A model generated the notes under the pieces. It was not told the origin of the DNA, ran no database searches, and was given only the letters and a program-made list of their open reading frames with translations. A stretch of DNA of 64,000 nucleotides from an uncultured Chloroflexia bacterium (lineage in GTDB: Bacteria; Chloroflexota; Limnocylindria; Limnocylindrales; CSP1-4). The position numbers and the translations under genes are program-made. The stretch spans positions 2,368,001-2,432,000 of the forward strand of contig OY970218.1 of assembly GCA_963713975.1 (NCBI GenBank), in the 5' to 3' direction. Position 1 is the stretch's first letter; each line of letters begins with the position of its first letter. This document shows positions 30,779-40,758 of this stretch, piece by piece.

Positions 30779-31846
30779 TCAGGCCGTTGCCGGCTCCGGC
30801 ACGCGATCCGTGGCCGTGGCCGCAGCCACGGCTGGCGGTGCGCTGTCGCCGAGGATCAGCTCCGTCGGCACCGTAATTGCCCTGGCGATGGGCGCGGTCT
30901 CGCCGCCCAGCGAGGCGATCAACTCGTGGACGGCGAGCTTGCCGATCTCCTGCAGGGGCTGGCGGATCGTCGTCAGCGACGGCGTGAACTCGGAGGCCTC
31001 CGGGAGGCCGTCGAAGCCGACCACCGCGAGCTGGTCCGGGATTGGGATCCCGCGCTTGTTGGCCACGTGGAGGGCGCCCAGTGCCATCTGATCGCTCGCG
31101 GCGAACAGGGCATCCACCGTCGGGTCCGCCTCGAGGATCCCCGCGAACGCCTTGGCGCCGCTCGCCGCGGTCCAGTCGCCGGCGACCATGGGTCCGGGCT
31201 CCAGCCCGGCCTCCGCAAGGGCCGCCAGCCACCCGTCCCTCCGGTCGCGGGCCTCGCGCCACTCGAGCGGACCCGCCAGGTGCGCGACCCGTTGCCTGCC
31301 CAGCGCCAGCAGGTGGCGGACCGCAGTCCCGGCTGCCGCCTCGTTGTCGATGCTGATGGACGCGAAGCGCGGGGACGGCTCGGCCTTGAGGAAGATGACC
31401 GGCGGCGTCGACTTCGGCAGCATGTCCTGGAGGTGGCGGAGGTTGGCGCCCATCTGGGGCGGGGCGAAGATGATCCCCTCGACCCGGTGCGCAACGAAGA
31501 ACTCGACGACGGGCACGATGTCCGGTACGTCGAAGCTGGCGAGCTCCTTGAGGATGATCGAGTAGCCCTCGGCCTCGGCGGCCTCGGTCATGCCATTGAC
31601 GGTCTGCGCGACGCCGTAGTACTTGAGGCCGGCCACGATCACGCCCAGCATCTGGCTGCGTCGCCGGACCAGGCTCCGGGCCACGGCGCTCGGCTGGAAG
31701 CCGTGCTCCTCGATGGCCGCCTCGATCGCCCGGCGTGTGTCCGGCGAGACGTCGGGCCGCTTGTTGATGACGCGCGAGACGGTCTGCGTCGAGACGCCCG
31801 TCATCCGGGCGATCTCCTTGATCGTGACCCTGTGCTGGCGCTGCAA
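30779..31846 (-). CDS. LacI-family regulator (probable arabinose repressor)
   Basis: VTIKEIARMTGVSTQTVSRVIN, AVVGFD, PSLTTIRQP. TTG start after AGGAG; divergent from araB. Confidence 0.92.
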   Translation of the reverse strand: MQRQHRVTIKEIARMTGVSTQTVSRVINKRPDVSPDTRRAIEAAIEEHGFQPSAVARSLVRRRSQMLGVIVAGLKYYGVAQTVNGMTEAAEAEGYSIILKELASFDVPDIVPVVEFFVAHRVEGIIFAPPQMGANLRHLQDMLPKSTPPVIFLKAEPSPRFASISIDNEAAAGTAVRHLLALGRQRVAHLAGPLEWREARDRRDGWLAALAEAGLEPGPMVAGDWTAASGAKAFAGILEADPTVDALFAASDQMALGALHVANKRGIPIPDQLAVVGFDGLPEASEFTPSLTTIRQPLQEIGKLAVHELIASLGGETAPIARAITVPTELILGDSAPPAVAAATATDRVPEPATA

Positions 31847-31915
31847 CTCTCGCGTGCTCCTGGCGGCTGGCCGTCCGCGTTGCGGAACGGTTGGGGATTG
31901 TGGTGGTGTGGTAGC

Positions 31916-31942
31916 GTGAACGGTAACGGGAACGATAACGGC
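31916..31942. promoter_or_regulatory. Probable LacI operator(s) between the regulator and araB
   Basis: GTGAACGGTAACGGGAACGATAACGGC; 17 bp (31926-31942) are identical to 35287-35303. Confidence 0.7.
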
Positions 31943-32059
31943 CCGCGTGGATGTTGTCATCATGAAGACGCACCGGGGCCGTCCCATCCCGCGATCTTCG
32001 CGCCGCTCCGCTGCGGCGGCGGGCGCGCACCGGGTGTTGTACGCGGCAGGAGATGCACC

Positions 32060-33745
32060 TTGAGCAGGTACGCGATCGGCGTGGACTTCGGCTCGGAGTC
32101 GGGTCGCGCCATCCTGGTGGACGTCGCCGACGGGCGCCAGCTGGCCACGGCGGTGTGGCCTTACAGCAACGGCGTCATCGACGAGCGCCTGCCCCTCGCG
32201 GACCGGCAGGTACCACTGCCGCCGGACTGGGCGCTCCAGGACCCCGAGGACTACCTCAGGGTCTTCTCCGAGACGGTTCCCGCCGTCCTGCGCCAGGCCG
32301 GCGTGGACGGGCGAGACGTCATCGGCCTGGGCATCGACTTCACCGCCTGCACGATGATGCCCACCCTCTCGGACGGCACCCCGCTGGCGCTGCTGCCCGA
32401 CCTGCGCGCCAACCCCCACGCCTGGGTCAAGCTGTGGAAGCACCACGCGGCGCAGCCGGAGGCGGACAGGATCAACGAGACGGCCATCCGGACCGGCCAG
32501 GCCTGGCTGCCCAAGTACGGCGGCAAGATCAGCTCGGAGTGGTTCTTCTCCAAGGCACTCCAGATCCTGGATGAGGCGCCCGACGTCTACGACCGTGCCG
32601 ACCGTCTCATCGAGGCCGCCGACTGGGTCATCTGGCGGCTCACCGGCGTCGAGACGCGCAACGCCACCACGGCCGGCTACAAGGCCCTGTGGAGCAGGCG
32701 CGAGGGTTTCCCGGAACGCGCCTACTTCGAGGCGCTGGACCCGCGGCTCGCCGACATCGTCGACACGAAGATGCGCCGTGACATCTCGTCGACGGGCGAC
32801 CGGGCCGGCGGGCTGACCGCCGAGGCGGCCACCTGGATGGGCCTCCCGGCCGGCATCGCGGTCGCCGTCGCCAACGTCGACGCCCACGTCTCCGTCCCGG
32901 CCGCCACGGTCACGGAGCCCGGCCGGATGGTCATGATCATGGGCACCAGCACCTGCCACATGGTGCTCGGCGATGAGGAGCACCTCGTCCCGGGGATCTG
33001 CGGCTACGTCGAGGACGGGATCATCCCGGGCTACTTTGGCTACGAGGCGGGCCAGAGCTGCGTCGGCGACCACTTCGCGTGGTTCGTCGAGCACGCGGTC
33101 CCCGAGTCCTACCAGGCCCAGGCGCGCGCGCGCGACCTCGACATCCACGTGCTCCTCCAGGAACAGGCCGGGCTCCTCGCACCCGGGGAGTCCGGCCTCC
33201 TCGCCCTCGACTGGTGGAACGGCAACCGGTCCGTGCTGGTCGACGCCGAGCTGGGCGGCCTGCTGGTCGGTGCCACGCTGGCGACGACGGCACCGGAGAT
33301 CTACCGGGCCCTGGTCGAGGCGACCGCGTACGGGACCCGCGTGATCATGGAGGCGCTCGAGGCCAACGGCGTCCCGGTCAACGAGGTCATCGCCTGCGGA
33401 GGCCTGGCCGAGAAGAGCCCGCTGATCATGCAGATCTACGCGGACGTGACCGGCCGGCCGTTCAGGCTCTCCGGTTCGGACCAGACCCCGGCCCTGGGCT
33501 CCGCGATGTTCGGTGCCGTGGCGGCCGGCGTGGATGCCGGCGGCTTCGCCACGATCGAGGACGCCGCCCGAGCGATGTCCCGGCTCAAGGACCTCGTCTA
33601 CGAGCCCGACCCCGGCGCCACAGCGACCTACGACGTGCTGTACCGGGAGTACGTCCGCCTGCACGACTACTTCGGGCGGGGCGAGAACAACGTCATGAAG
33701 ACGCTGCGAGGCCTGCGCGCGCGGGCGAAGGCAGGGGCGGCCTGA
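32060..33745 (+). CDS. araB: L-ribulokinase
   Basis: IGVDFGSESGR, ALQDPEDY, GIDFTACT, KLWKHHAAQ, DAHV, LDWWNGNRS. TTG start with AGGAG. Confidence 0.95.
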   Translation: MSRYAIGVDFGSESGRAILVDVADGRQLATAVWPYSNGVIDERLPLADRQVPLPPDWALQDPEDYLRVFSETVPAVLRQAGVDGRDVIGLGIDFTACTMMPTLSDGTPLALLPDLRANPHAWVKLWKHHAAQPEADRINETAIRTGQAWLPKYGGKISSEWFFSKALQILDEAPDVYDRADRLIEAADWVIWRLTGVETRNATTAGYKALWSRREGFPERAYFEALDPRLADIVDTKMRRDISSTGDRAGGLTAEAATWMGLPAGIAVAVANVDAHVSVPAATVTEPGRMVMIMGTSTCHMVLGDEEHLVPGICGYVEDGIIPGYFGYEAGQSCVGDHFAWFVEHAVPESYQAQARARDLDIHVLLQEQAGLLAPGESGLLALDWWNGNRSVLVDAELGGLLVGATLATTAPEIYRALVEATAYGTRVIMEALEANGVPVNEVIACGGLAEKSPLIMQIYADVTGRPFRLSGSDQTPALGSAMFGAVAAGVDAGGFATIEDAARAMSRLKDLVYEPDPGATATYDVLYREYVRLHDYFGRGENNVMKTLRGLRARAKAGAA

Positions 33746-33786
33746 TGCGCCTGGCCGCGCTGCGCGAGTAGCTCGCTACGCTGCAT
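33745..33786 (+). pseudogene. araD: 5' remnant of a gene coupled to araB, probably araD
   Basis: TGATG overlap with araB; reads [13 protein letters not shown] with TAG at 33769, resembling AraD N-termini, then switches abruptly to araA sequence. Confidence 0.55.
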
Positions 33787-35176
33787 CGATGCGGCGCCGG
33801 CCATCCCGGTCCGGGTGGTGGTCAAGCCCGTCCTGACCGGCTCCGACGGGATCCTTGCGCTGGTCCGCGAGGCGAATGCCGACCCCGCCTGCGTTGGCCT
33901 CGTCACCTGGATGCACACGTTCAGCCCGGCCAAGATGTGGATCGCCGGCCTCGAGGCGCTCGACAAGCCGTTCCTCCACCTGCACACCCAGTACAACCGC
34001 GAGATCCCGTGGGCCGACATCGACATGGACTTCATGAACCTGAACCAGGCCGCGCACGGCGACCGGGAGTTCGGGTTCATCGCCGCCCGGCTGCGACTCG
34101 AGCGCAAGGTGGTCGTCGGCCACTGCGGCGATGCGCCGGCACAGGAGGAGATCGGCACCTGGGCCCGCGCCGCCTGTGCCCGGGCCGACTGGCGGGCCGG
34201 CAGGATCGCCCGCTTCGGCGACAACATGCGGGATGTGGCGGTCACCGACGGCGACAAGGTCGAGGCGCAGCGCCGCCTGGGCTTCTCGGTCAACACCTGG
34301 GGCGTGGGGGACCTCGTCAAGGTCGTCAACGACGCCTCGGATGCCGACGTCGACGCACTCGTCGCCCAATACCAGGACCAGTACGACGTGGCCCCCGAGC
34401 TCCGGCCGGGCGGCGCCCGCGCGGAGAGCCTGCGCGACGGTGCCCGCATCGAGCTCGGCCTGCGACGCTTCCTGGTCGACGGCGGCTTCACGGCCTTCAC
34501 CGACACCTTCGAGGACCTGCACGGCCTCAAGCAGCTGCCGGGGCTGGCCGCCAGCGCCTGATGGCCGACGGGTACGACTTCGGCGGGGAAGGGGACTGGA
34601 AGACCGCGGCCATGGTCCGCGATGAAGGTCATGGCCGCGGGGCTCCCCGGCGGCGTCTCGTTCATGGAGGACTACACCTACCACCTCACGGGGGCCGACG
34701 ACCTGATCCTCGGCGCCCACATGCTCGAGGTCTGTCCGTCCATCGCGGGCGACCGCCCACGTCTCGAGACCCATCCCCTGTCCATCGGCGGCAAGGCGGA
34801 CCCGGTCCGGCTCGTGTTCGACGCCCACCCGGGACCAGCCGTGGCCGCCTGCATCACCGACATGGGGCAGCGTTTCCGCATGCTGGCGACCGTCGTCGAC
34901 GTCGTCCCAGCGGAGCAGCCCCTCCCGAAGCTCCCGGTCGCCCGCGCCGTCTGGCGCCCACGTCCCGACCTTCGGACGGGCGCCGCGGCGTGGATCTACG
35001 CGGGTGGCTCCCACCACACGAGCCTCGGTTTCGGCGTGACGCAGCAACACCTGCGAGACTTCGCCGCGATGTCCGGGGCGGAGTTCCCGGTCATCGACGA
35101 GAGGACCACGCTCGATGCCTTCCGCGACCAGCTCCGGTGGAACGATCTCTACTGGCTGCTGGCGAAGGGGATCTAG
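33785..35176 (+). pseudogene. araA: L-arabinose isomerase, N-terminally truncated and frameshifted
   Basis: [61 protein letters not shown]. The GSQHLYG N-terminus is missing; frameshifts near 34550 and 34621. Confidence 0.9.
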
Positions 35177-35239
35177 CGCGGGCCGATCGTCACCGAAATG
35201 GTCCGATCTCGCACCTGGAAGCAGGCTGGACGGACCGGC

Positions 35240-35302
35240 TTGACGGCATGTGCGTCAGGCGCCTAGCATTTCCACCGTTATCGTTCACGGGAACGATAAC
35301 GG
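35240..35302 (+). promoter_or_regulatory. Promoter plus palindromic LacI-type operator
   Basis: TTGACG(35240)-N18-TAGCAT(35264), then CCGTTATCGTTC-ACGG-GAACGATAACGG (35275-35302), a perfect 12-bp inverted repeat. Confidence 0.8.
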
Positions 35303-35433
35303 CAGGCGTCCACCGAGATCGACCGAGGGGCGGGAGTGCCCCGCAGCGAACCGCGCGGCGCGCCGTGAGGGAGCTGCAGGCGAGCGGTGGCGCAAGCAGG
35401 CGGGGCATCAGCCTCGCACCAGGAGGAGAGCAG

Positions 35434-35478
35434 CTCATTGCCGTCTACTTCGACGTCTCGAGCAAGAACAAGGACTGA
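35434..35478 (+). pseudogene. 3' remnant of a sugar ABC permease (GguB/MmsB-like)
   Basis: LIAVYFDVSSKNKD* directly after an orphan AGGAGG (35421), with no in-frame ATG/GTG/TTG start. Confidence 0.55.
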
Positions 35479-35529
35479 CCGGCCCGGGTCCTGCCCGACC
35501 GCGTCATGACAGCCGCTCCTCCTGCCGGT

Positions 35530-35557
35530 CGCACCGCCCGTATCCACGGGCGGTGCG
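35530..35557 (+). terminator. GC-rich hairpin
   Basis: CGCACCGCCCGT-ATCC-ACGGGCGGTGCG 12-bp stem, no U-tract. Confidence 0.5.
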
Positions 35558-35624
35558 GCGAGCGCCCGACCCTGGGTGCCGAACCGAGCGGCCGTCCCGG
35601 CCCCATCCTCGCGGAGCCCGGGCG

Positions 35625-36425
35625 GTGACCACCGTCGAGGGTCCGGACCTGGTCCTCGAGGCCGGTGATGCGCGGGCCGTGGTGCGGCCAGGGGACGGGG
35701 GGAGGCTGGGCTCACTGGTGGTGGCCGGCCGGGAGCTGCTCGTCACCGTCAGCCCGGATGGCCCCGTCTATTGGGGCAGCTACCCGATGGCGCCATGGGC
35801 CGGCCGGATCCGGCACGGACGCTTCGCGTTCGATGGCGTGCCCCACCAGCTCCCGATCACGATGCCGCCGCACGCGATCCACGGCGTAGTCTACGATCGG
35901 CCCTGGGTCGTGACCGGCGAGGGCGAGATCGCCATCGACCTCGACGAGCGATGGCCCTTCCGCGGGCGCGTGGCCCAGCGCTTCGCGCTGGATGCCGACG
36001 GCCTCGAGGTTGCGATGACCCTCGATGCCGCCGAGGCGATGCCGGTCACCATGGGCTGGCACCCGTGGTTCCGCCGCGTGCTGGAACCGGACGCGGCGCC
36101 CGTGCGACTCGCCTTCGCCGCCGGCTCGATGCTGGTGCGGGACGCGGAGGGGCTGCCGACCGGCGAGCGCGTGCCGCCGTCCGCGGGACCGTGGGATGAC
36201 GCATTCACCGACGTCGCGGCGCCCCCGGTCCTCGAGTGGCCGGGACAGCTGCGACTGGAGATCAGCTCGACCTGTGCCTGGTGGGTCGTTTACTCGCAGC
36301 CCGAGAGCGCGATCTGCGTGGAGCCGCAGTCGGGGCCACCGGACGCGGCCAACCTCGCGCCCGAGGTCGTGGTGCCCGGGGTGTCCTTGACCCACACGAT
36401 GCGCTGGGAGTGGACGCGGCTGTAG
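35625..36425 (+). CDS. Aldose 1-epimerase family protein
   Basis: MAPWAGRIRHGRF, HAIHG, GWHPWF, DDAF, ICVEPQ. Confidence 0.9.
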   Translation: MTTVEGPDLVLEAGDARAVVRPGDGGRLGSLVVAGRELLVTVSPDGPVYWGSYPMAPWAGRIRHGRFAFDGVPHQLPITMPPHAIHGVVYDRPWVVTGEGEIAIDLDERWPFRGRVAQRFALDADGLEVAMTLDAAEAMPVTMGWHPWFRRVLEPDAAPVRLAFAAGSMLVRDAEGLPTGERVPPSAGPWDDAFTDVAAPPVLEWPGQLRLEISSTCAWWVVYSQPESAICVEPQSGPPDAANLAPEVVVPGVSLTHTMRWEWTRL

Positions 36426-36505
36426 GCCACGACGCCTCGCGCTGACGGCGCCGGAGCGGACGGCGCCGGGTAAGGCGGCGCCGGGCAAGCTGGCCCCCGG
36501 AGCGG

Positions 36506-36988
36506 CTACCTCCCGGCGACCAGCTCCGGGGGCAGAAGCAGCGCCAGCGTCCCACGTCCGGCGCGGATGGCGCCGTCGAAGTCCACGCGCGCGATGGCGC
36601 CCTTGCGCATGGGGATGAAGTCCACGCCGATGAGCTCGCCGAGGAGCGACGAGAAGTCGGGGTCGTGGCCGACGAGGCACGGCCGCGCCGCCGGGCGGGC
36701 CGACGTCAGGATGGCCTCCACGATCTCCGGGTAGAGTGGCCCGGCCAGCCGGGGATCGACGATGGGTGCGACACCCAACGAGGCGCCCACGATGGCGGCC
36801 GTCTCCACCGCGCGGAGCCTGGGCGACGTGACCAGCTGGTCCGGTGCCGAGTCAGTCCCGGCCAGCAGCCGCCCCAGCCGCTCGGCCTGGTGGCGTCCCT
36901 TGTCCGAGAGCGGGCGGTCGTCGTCGTCGCCGGCCCAGCGAGTCGGGTTGCCGGCGTGGGCGTGGCGGAGGAGGTAGAGGGTGGTCAT
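36506..36988 (-). CDS. sixA: SixA-like phosphohistidine phosphatase
   Basis: LYLLRHA, DDDRPLS, SPRLRAVETA, LVGHDP. Confidence 0.9.
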   Translation of the reverse strand: MTTLYLLRHAHAGNPTRWAGDDDDRPLSDKGRHQAERLGRLLAGTDSAPDQLVTSPRLRAVETAAIVGASLGVAPIVDPRLAGPLYPEIVEAILTSARPAARPCLVGHDPDFSSLLGELIGVDFIPMRKGAIARVDFDGAIRAGRGTLALLLPPELVAGR

Positions 36989-37067
36989 GCCGGCACCGCC
37001 TGATGGCGCTCGGCGGCGTGGCGCTCGGCCTGCGTCCCGAGGGCGCGGTGATCGTGTCCGTGCGCGC

Positions 37068-37841
37068 TCACTGGTTCAGGTCCTCCACTTCGCCCGAGGC
37101 CAGGAACACGATGTCCTCGGCGATGTTCGTCACCCGGTCGCCGATCCGCTCCAGGTAATGCGCAGCGAACAGGATCCGCGTTCCCGGGTCCACGTTGGCC
37201 GGGTCCTGCCGCATCAGCTCCAGGACCTCGGCAAAGATGCGGTGGTAGAGCTCGTCCACGTCGTCGTCGAGCTTCGCAACCTCCCGGGCCCGGTCCGGGT
37301 CGATATCGACGAGCGCCCGGATGATGCCCTGCACGAGGTCCGCGACCCGCTCGCCCAGCTGCGGGAGCAGCACGTAGTCCTTGAGGGGCGGATAGGGGGC
37401 GAGCTTGCGCGCCTGCTTCGCGACGGAGCCCGCGTGGTCGCCCATGCGCTCCAGCTCGTAGCTGACGTGGTCCAGGGTGAGCAGGTAGCGCAGGTCGCGG
37501 GCGACCGGGTTCTGGGTGGCGATCGTCGCGGCGATCATGGCCGTGGCCGTGCGCTGGACCTCGTTGATCTGCCGGTCATCGCGGATCACCTGGAGGGCGG
37601 CGTCGGCATCGTGTGCGACGAGCGAGCCGATGGCGGCGTGGATCTGGGCCTCGACCATCGAGCCCATGCGGAGGACGCCGTCCTTGACCTCGGCGATCTC
37701 CCGGTCGTAGGCGCTACGAATCCCGTGGGTGGGCGGAAAGGCGGCACCGGGCGTTTCGATGGGGTGGGACGGCGAGAGGTCGTCGAAGCTGCCGCCGAAG
37801 GCGTCGGTGACGTGCGGACCGGGAACGTGCTCGTTATCCAT
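37068..37841 (-). CDS. phoU: Phosphate signalling protein PhoU
   Basis: QNPVARDLR, ELERMGDH, DDDVD, YLERIGDRVTNIAE. Confidence 0.95.
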   Translation of the reverse strand: MDNEHVPGPHVTDAFGGSFDDLSPSHPIETPGAAFPPTHGIRSAYDREIAEVKDGVLRMGSMVEAQIHAAIGSLVAHDADAALQVIRDDRQINEVQRTATAMIAATIATQNPVARDLRYLLTLDHVSYELERMGDHAGSVAKQARKLAPYPPLKDYVLLPQLGERVADLVQGIIRALVDIDPDRAREVAKLDDDVDELYHRIFAEVLELMRQDPANVDPGTRILFAAHYLERIGDRVTNIAEDIVFLASGEVEDLNQ

Positions 37842-37861
37842 GGCTGCTGCTCCTCCGCCGC

Positions 37862-38743
37862 TCAGCCGAACCGGCCGGAGACGTAATCCTCGGTGAGCTG
37901 GTCCTTCGGGTTCGTGAAGATGTCGAGGGTCGGCCCCTCCTCCACGATGTACCCGGCTCGATCATCGGCCATGTTCATGAACACGGTGTAGTCCGACGCA
38001 CGGGCTGCCTGCTGCATGTTGTGGGTCACGATGACGATCGTGTACTGCTCCTTGAGCTCGAACATCAGCTCCTCGATCTGGAGCGTCGACCGCGGGTCCA
38101 GGGCGGAGCACGGCTCGTCCATGAGGATGACATCCGGGCTGGTCGCGATGGCGCGCGCGATGCACAGGCGCTGCTGCTGCCCGCCCGAGAGCGCGAGGCC
38201 GGACTGCTTGAGCTTGTCCTTGACGTCGTCCCACAGCGCGGCCCTCCGCAGGCTGGACTCGACGAGCTCGTCCATGTCGCCCTTGTGGCCATTGATCCGG
38301 GGACCGAAGGCGACGTTGTCGTAGATCGACTTAGGGAAGGGATTGGCCTTCTGGAACACCATGCCGATTCGCCGCCGGACCTCGACCGCGTCCACGTCCC
38401 GGCCGTACAGGTCGACGTCGTGGTACAGCACTTTGCCCTCGACGCGTGTCCCGGTGATCAGGTCGTTCATGCGGTTGATCGTCCGGAGCAGCGTGGACTT
38501 GCCACACCCCGACGGGCCGATCAGTGCCGTGATCTTGCGCGCCTCGAAGGCGATGCTGATGCCCTTCACCGCCCGGAACTTCGAGTAATAGAAGTCCACG
38601 TCCTCGAGCCGGATGACATCCTCGCCCCGTGGTGCATCGAGCGGTGCGTCGGCCCCGGCGGCACGCCCGACATGGATCGGCACGGCAGGGCCGGTCGCTG
38701 TGGGCGTGGGGGTCTCGGGTTCGGACACGGTGGTTGCGGCCAT
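37862..38743 (-). CDS. pstB: Phosphate ABC transporter ATPase
   Basis: [60 protein letters not shown]. Confidence 0.97.
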   Translation of the reverse strand: MAATTVSEPETPTPTATGPAVPIHVGRAAGADAPLDAPRGEDVIRLEDVDFYYSKFRAVKGISIAFEARKITALIGPSGCGKSTLLRTINRMNDLITGTRVEGKVLYHDVDLYGRDVDAVEVRRRIGMVFQKANPFPKSIYDNVAFGPRINGHKGDMDELVESSLRRAALWDDVKDKLKQSGLALSGGQQQRLCIARAIATSPDVILMDEPCSALDPRSTLQIEELMFELKEQYTIVIVTHNMQQAARASDYTVFMNMADDRAGYIVEEGPTLDIFTNPKDQLTEDYVSGRFG

Positions 38744-38766
38744 GGGATCTCCGGTGTTCTCGGGCA

Positions 38767-39708
38767 TCACCAGGCCCGTTCGTAGCGACTGCGGAGGAGG
38801 ATCGCGATCACGTTCGCGGCGAGCGTGATCATGAGCAGCACGACGATCGCCGCAGCGGCGTCAGCCCGGAAGGCTTCCTGCGGCTTGCGGGCCCAGTCGT
38901 AGACGATCACGGGCAGAGCGGTGTAGCTGCCGGTGAACAGGGTCGAGATGGACAGCCCCGAGAACGATCCGAGGACGGCACCGACCAGGATCAGTGGGGC
39001 GGTCTCGCCAAGAGCTCGGGAGAGGGCAAGCACCGTGCCGGTCAGGATCCCGGGCGCTGCCGAGGGGATCACGAGCTGGCGGGTCACCTCCCAGCGCGAG
39101 GCGCCCACGCCGTAGCCCGCTTCCCTGATCGTGCCCGGCACAGAACGCAGTGCTTCGATGGACGTGATGATCACGATCGGCAGCACCAGCACGGCCAGGG
39201 TGATGCCGCCGGCAAGGATGTTGCGCCCGGAGCCGTCGCCGTCCACCGTGTCCATGAGCGACACGAACACTGCCAGGCCCAGGAGGCCGTAGACCACCGA
39301 CGGGACGCCGGCCAGGTTCCGGATGTTGATCTGGATGAACCGGGTGAGCTTCGTGTCCCCGGCGTACTCCTCGAGGTAGATCGCCGTCGCCAGTCCGAAG
39401 GGGAAGGCGAGGAGCGCCACGATGGCCGCCAGGATCGCCGTCCCGACGAGGCCCTGGATGACCCCGGCCTTGGCGGGGTTGGACGAGAGCGGAGACGTCA
39501 GGAAGCCCACGCCACGCTCGGCGAAGACCGGCAGCGCGCGTCCGAGGACATCCGCGATGAGCAGGAACAGGATCGCGAGCGAGAACAGCAGGCTCCCGAG
39601 GAGCAGGACCTGGAACACGAAGCCCCAGATGTCGCGCCGTCCGCCGCCGGTGATCCCGGCCCGGACGCTGGCACTCGTGACGGCTGCGGAGGATCCCAGT
39701 GAGGTCAT
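38767..39708 (-). CDS. pstA: Phosphate ABC permease PstA
   Basis: [33 protein letters not shown]. Confidence 0.95.
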   Translation of the reverse strand: MTSLGSSAAVTSASVRAGITGGGRRDIWGFVFQVLLLGSLLFSLAILFLLIADVLGRALPVFAERGVGFLTSPLSSNPAKAGVIQGLVGTAILAAIVALLAFPFGLATAIYLEEYAGDTKLTRFIQINIRNLAGVPSVVYGLLGLAVFVSLMDTVDGDGSGRNILAGGITLAVLVLPIVIITSIEALRSVPGTIREAGYGVGASRWEVTRQLVIPSAAPGILTGTVLALSRALGETAPLILVGAVLGSFSGLSISTLFTGSYTALPVIVYDWARKPQEAFRADAAAAIVVLLMITLAANVIAILLRSRYERAW

Positions 39709-39717
39709 CGCAGCCTC

Positions 39718-40647
39718 CTAGTACCGCTGTCGGGCACGCCGGACGAACGTGTCGCCGGCGACGTTGAGGACGAGCGTGACCAGGAACAGCAGCAGCCCGA
39801 TGAAGAACAGGCTCTGGAACGCGGCGCTGTTGCCGGTGACCTGGTCGCTGCCCGTCGCGAGCCCGACCATCGCCGAGGTCATGGTGCCGCCCGGGTCAAG
39901 CGGGTTGAACGTCCGGGCCTGGGGAGCGCCGGCGGCCACGGCCACCACCATCGTCTCGCCGATGGCGCGGCTGGTTGCCAGGATCAGCGCGGCCACGACG
40001 CCCGAGACCGCGGCCGGGAACACCACCCGGAGCGAGGTGCTGATCCTGCGGGCGCCGAGTCCGTACGAGGCCTCGCGCAGGCTCTGGGGCACCGAGCGCA
40101 TGGCGTCCTCGGCCACGGAGGCGACCAGGGGGATCGAGAGGATGCCGACGCCGAGCCCCGCGGCGGCGAGGTTGAAGGAGTTGGCATCCTCGAACAGGGG
40201 CTGGATCACGGATGGGGTGAGCAGGGTGAGCGCGAAGAACCCCAGCACGACGCTGGGAACGCCGGCCAGGACCTCGAGGACCGGCTTGACGATCCGCCGG
40301 AAGCGGGGCGTCGCGTACTCGGAGAGATAGATCGCCGAGAAGATGCCGACCGGCGCCGCGATCACCATCGCGATCCCCGTGACGATCAGGGTCCCGATCA
40401 CGATGGTCGACACGTCGAAGATGCCACGCCGCGGGAACCACCCGATGCCGAACAGCTGGCCGAGCTCGATCTGCGACAGGAAGCCGATCGCCTCGAACAG
40501 GACGGCCGCGATGATGAACAGGCTGATCAGGATCGTGACCAGTGCCGCGGCCAGGAAGAGGCCGCGGACCAGGGTCTCGCGACGCCGCCGGCGGGCGCTG
40601 CCGTTGAGCGACATCGCGGCAGGGATGGCTTGGCTTGCCTGGGCCAT
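39718..40647 (-). CDS. pstC: Phosphate ABC permease PstC
   Basis: [29 protein letters not shown]. Confidence 0.95.
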   Translation of the reverse strand: MAQASQAIPAAMSLNGSARRRRRETLVRGLFLAAALVTILISLFIIAAVLFEAIGFLSQIELGQLFGIGWFPRRGIFDVSTIVIGTLIVTGIAMVIAAPVGIFSAIYLSEYATPRFRRIVKPVLEVLAGVPSVVLGFFALTLLTPSVIQPLFEDANSFNLAAAGLGVGILSIPLVASVAEDAMRSVPQSLREASYGLGARRISTSLRVVFPAAVSGVVAALILATSRAIGETMVVAVAAGAPQARTFNPLDPGGTMTSAMVGLATGSDQVTGNSAAFQSLFFIGLLLFLVTLVLNVAGDTFVRRARQRY

Positions 40648-40699
40648 CAGCGGTCTACGCCTCCTTGGCGAATGGTCGGCTGGTCACGAGGATAAGCGA

Positions 40700-40738
40700 G
40701 CGAACGGGCCGGGCGCCCAAGCGCCACGGCCCGTTCGC
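40700..40738 (-). terminator. Stem-loop between pstS and pstC
   Basis: GCGAACGGGCCG...CGGCCCGTTCGC 12-bp outer stem with an inner GGCGC/GCGCC stem. Confidence 0.65.
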
Positions 40739-40758
40739 GGAGGAGGAGGAGCGCTGGG

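Noticed and set aside
30779-33664. 961-aa ORF suggesting a long LacI fusion
   Set aside because: The upstream part is antisense to araB. The LacI HTH begins right after TTG 31846.
33769-33771. In-frame TAG as pyrrolysine or read-through signal
   Set aside because: The AraD-like sequence breaks off 5 codons later at a deletion junction and no pyl genes are seen. A nonsense mutation is simpler.
34545-34625. Programmed double frameshift in araA
   Set aside because: No slippery sequence, and the gene also lacks its N-terminus.
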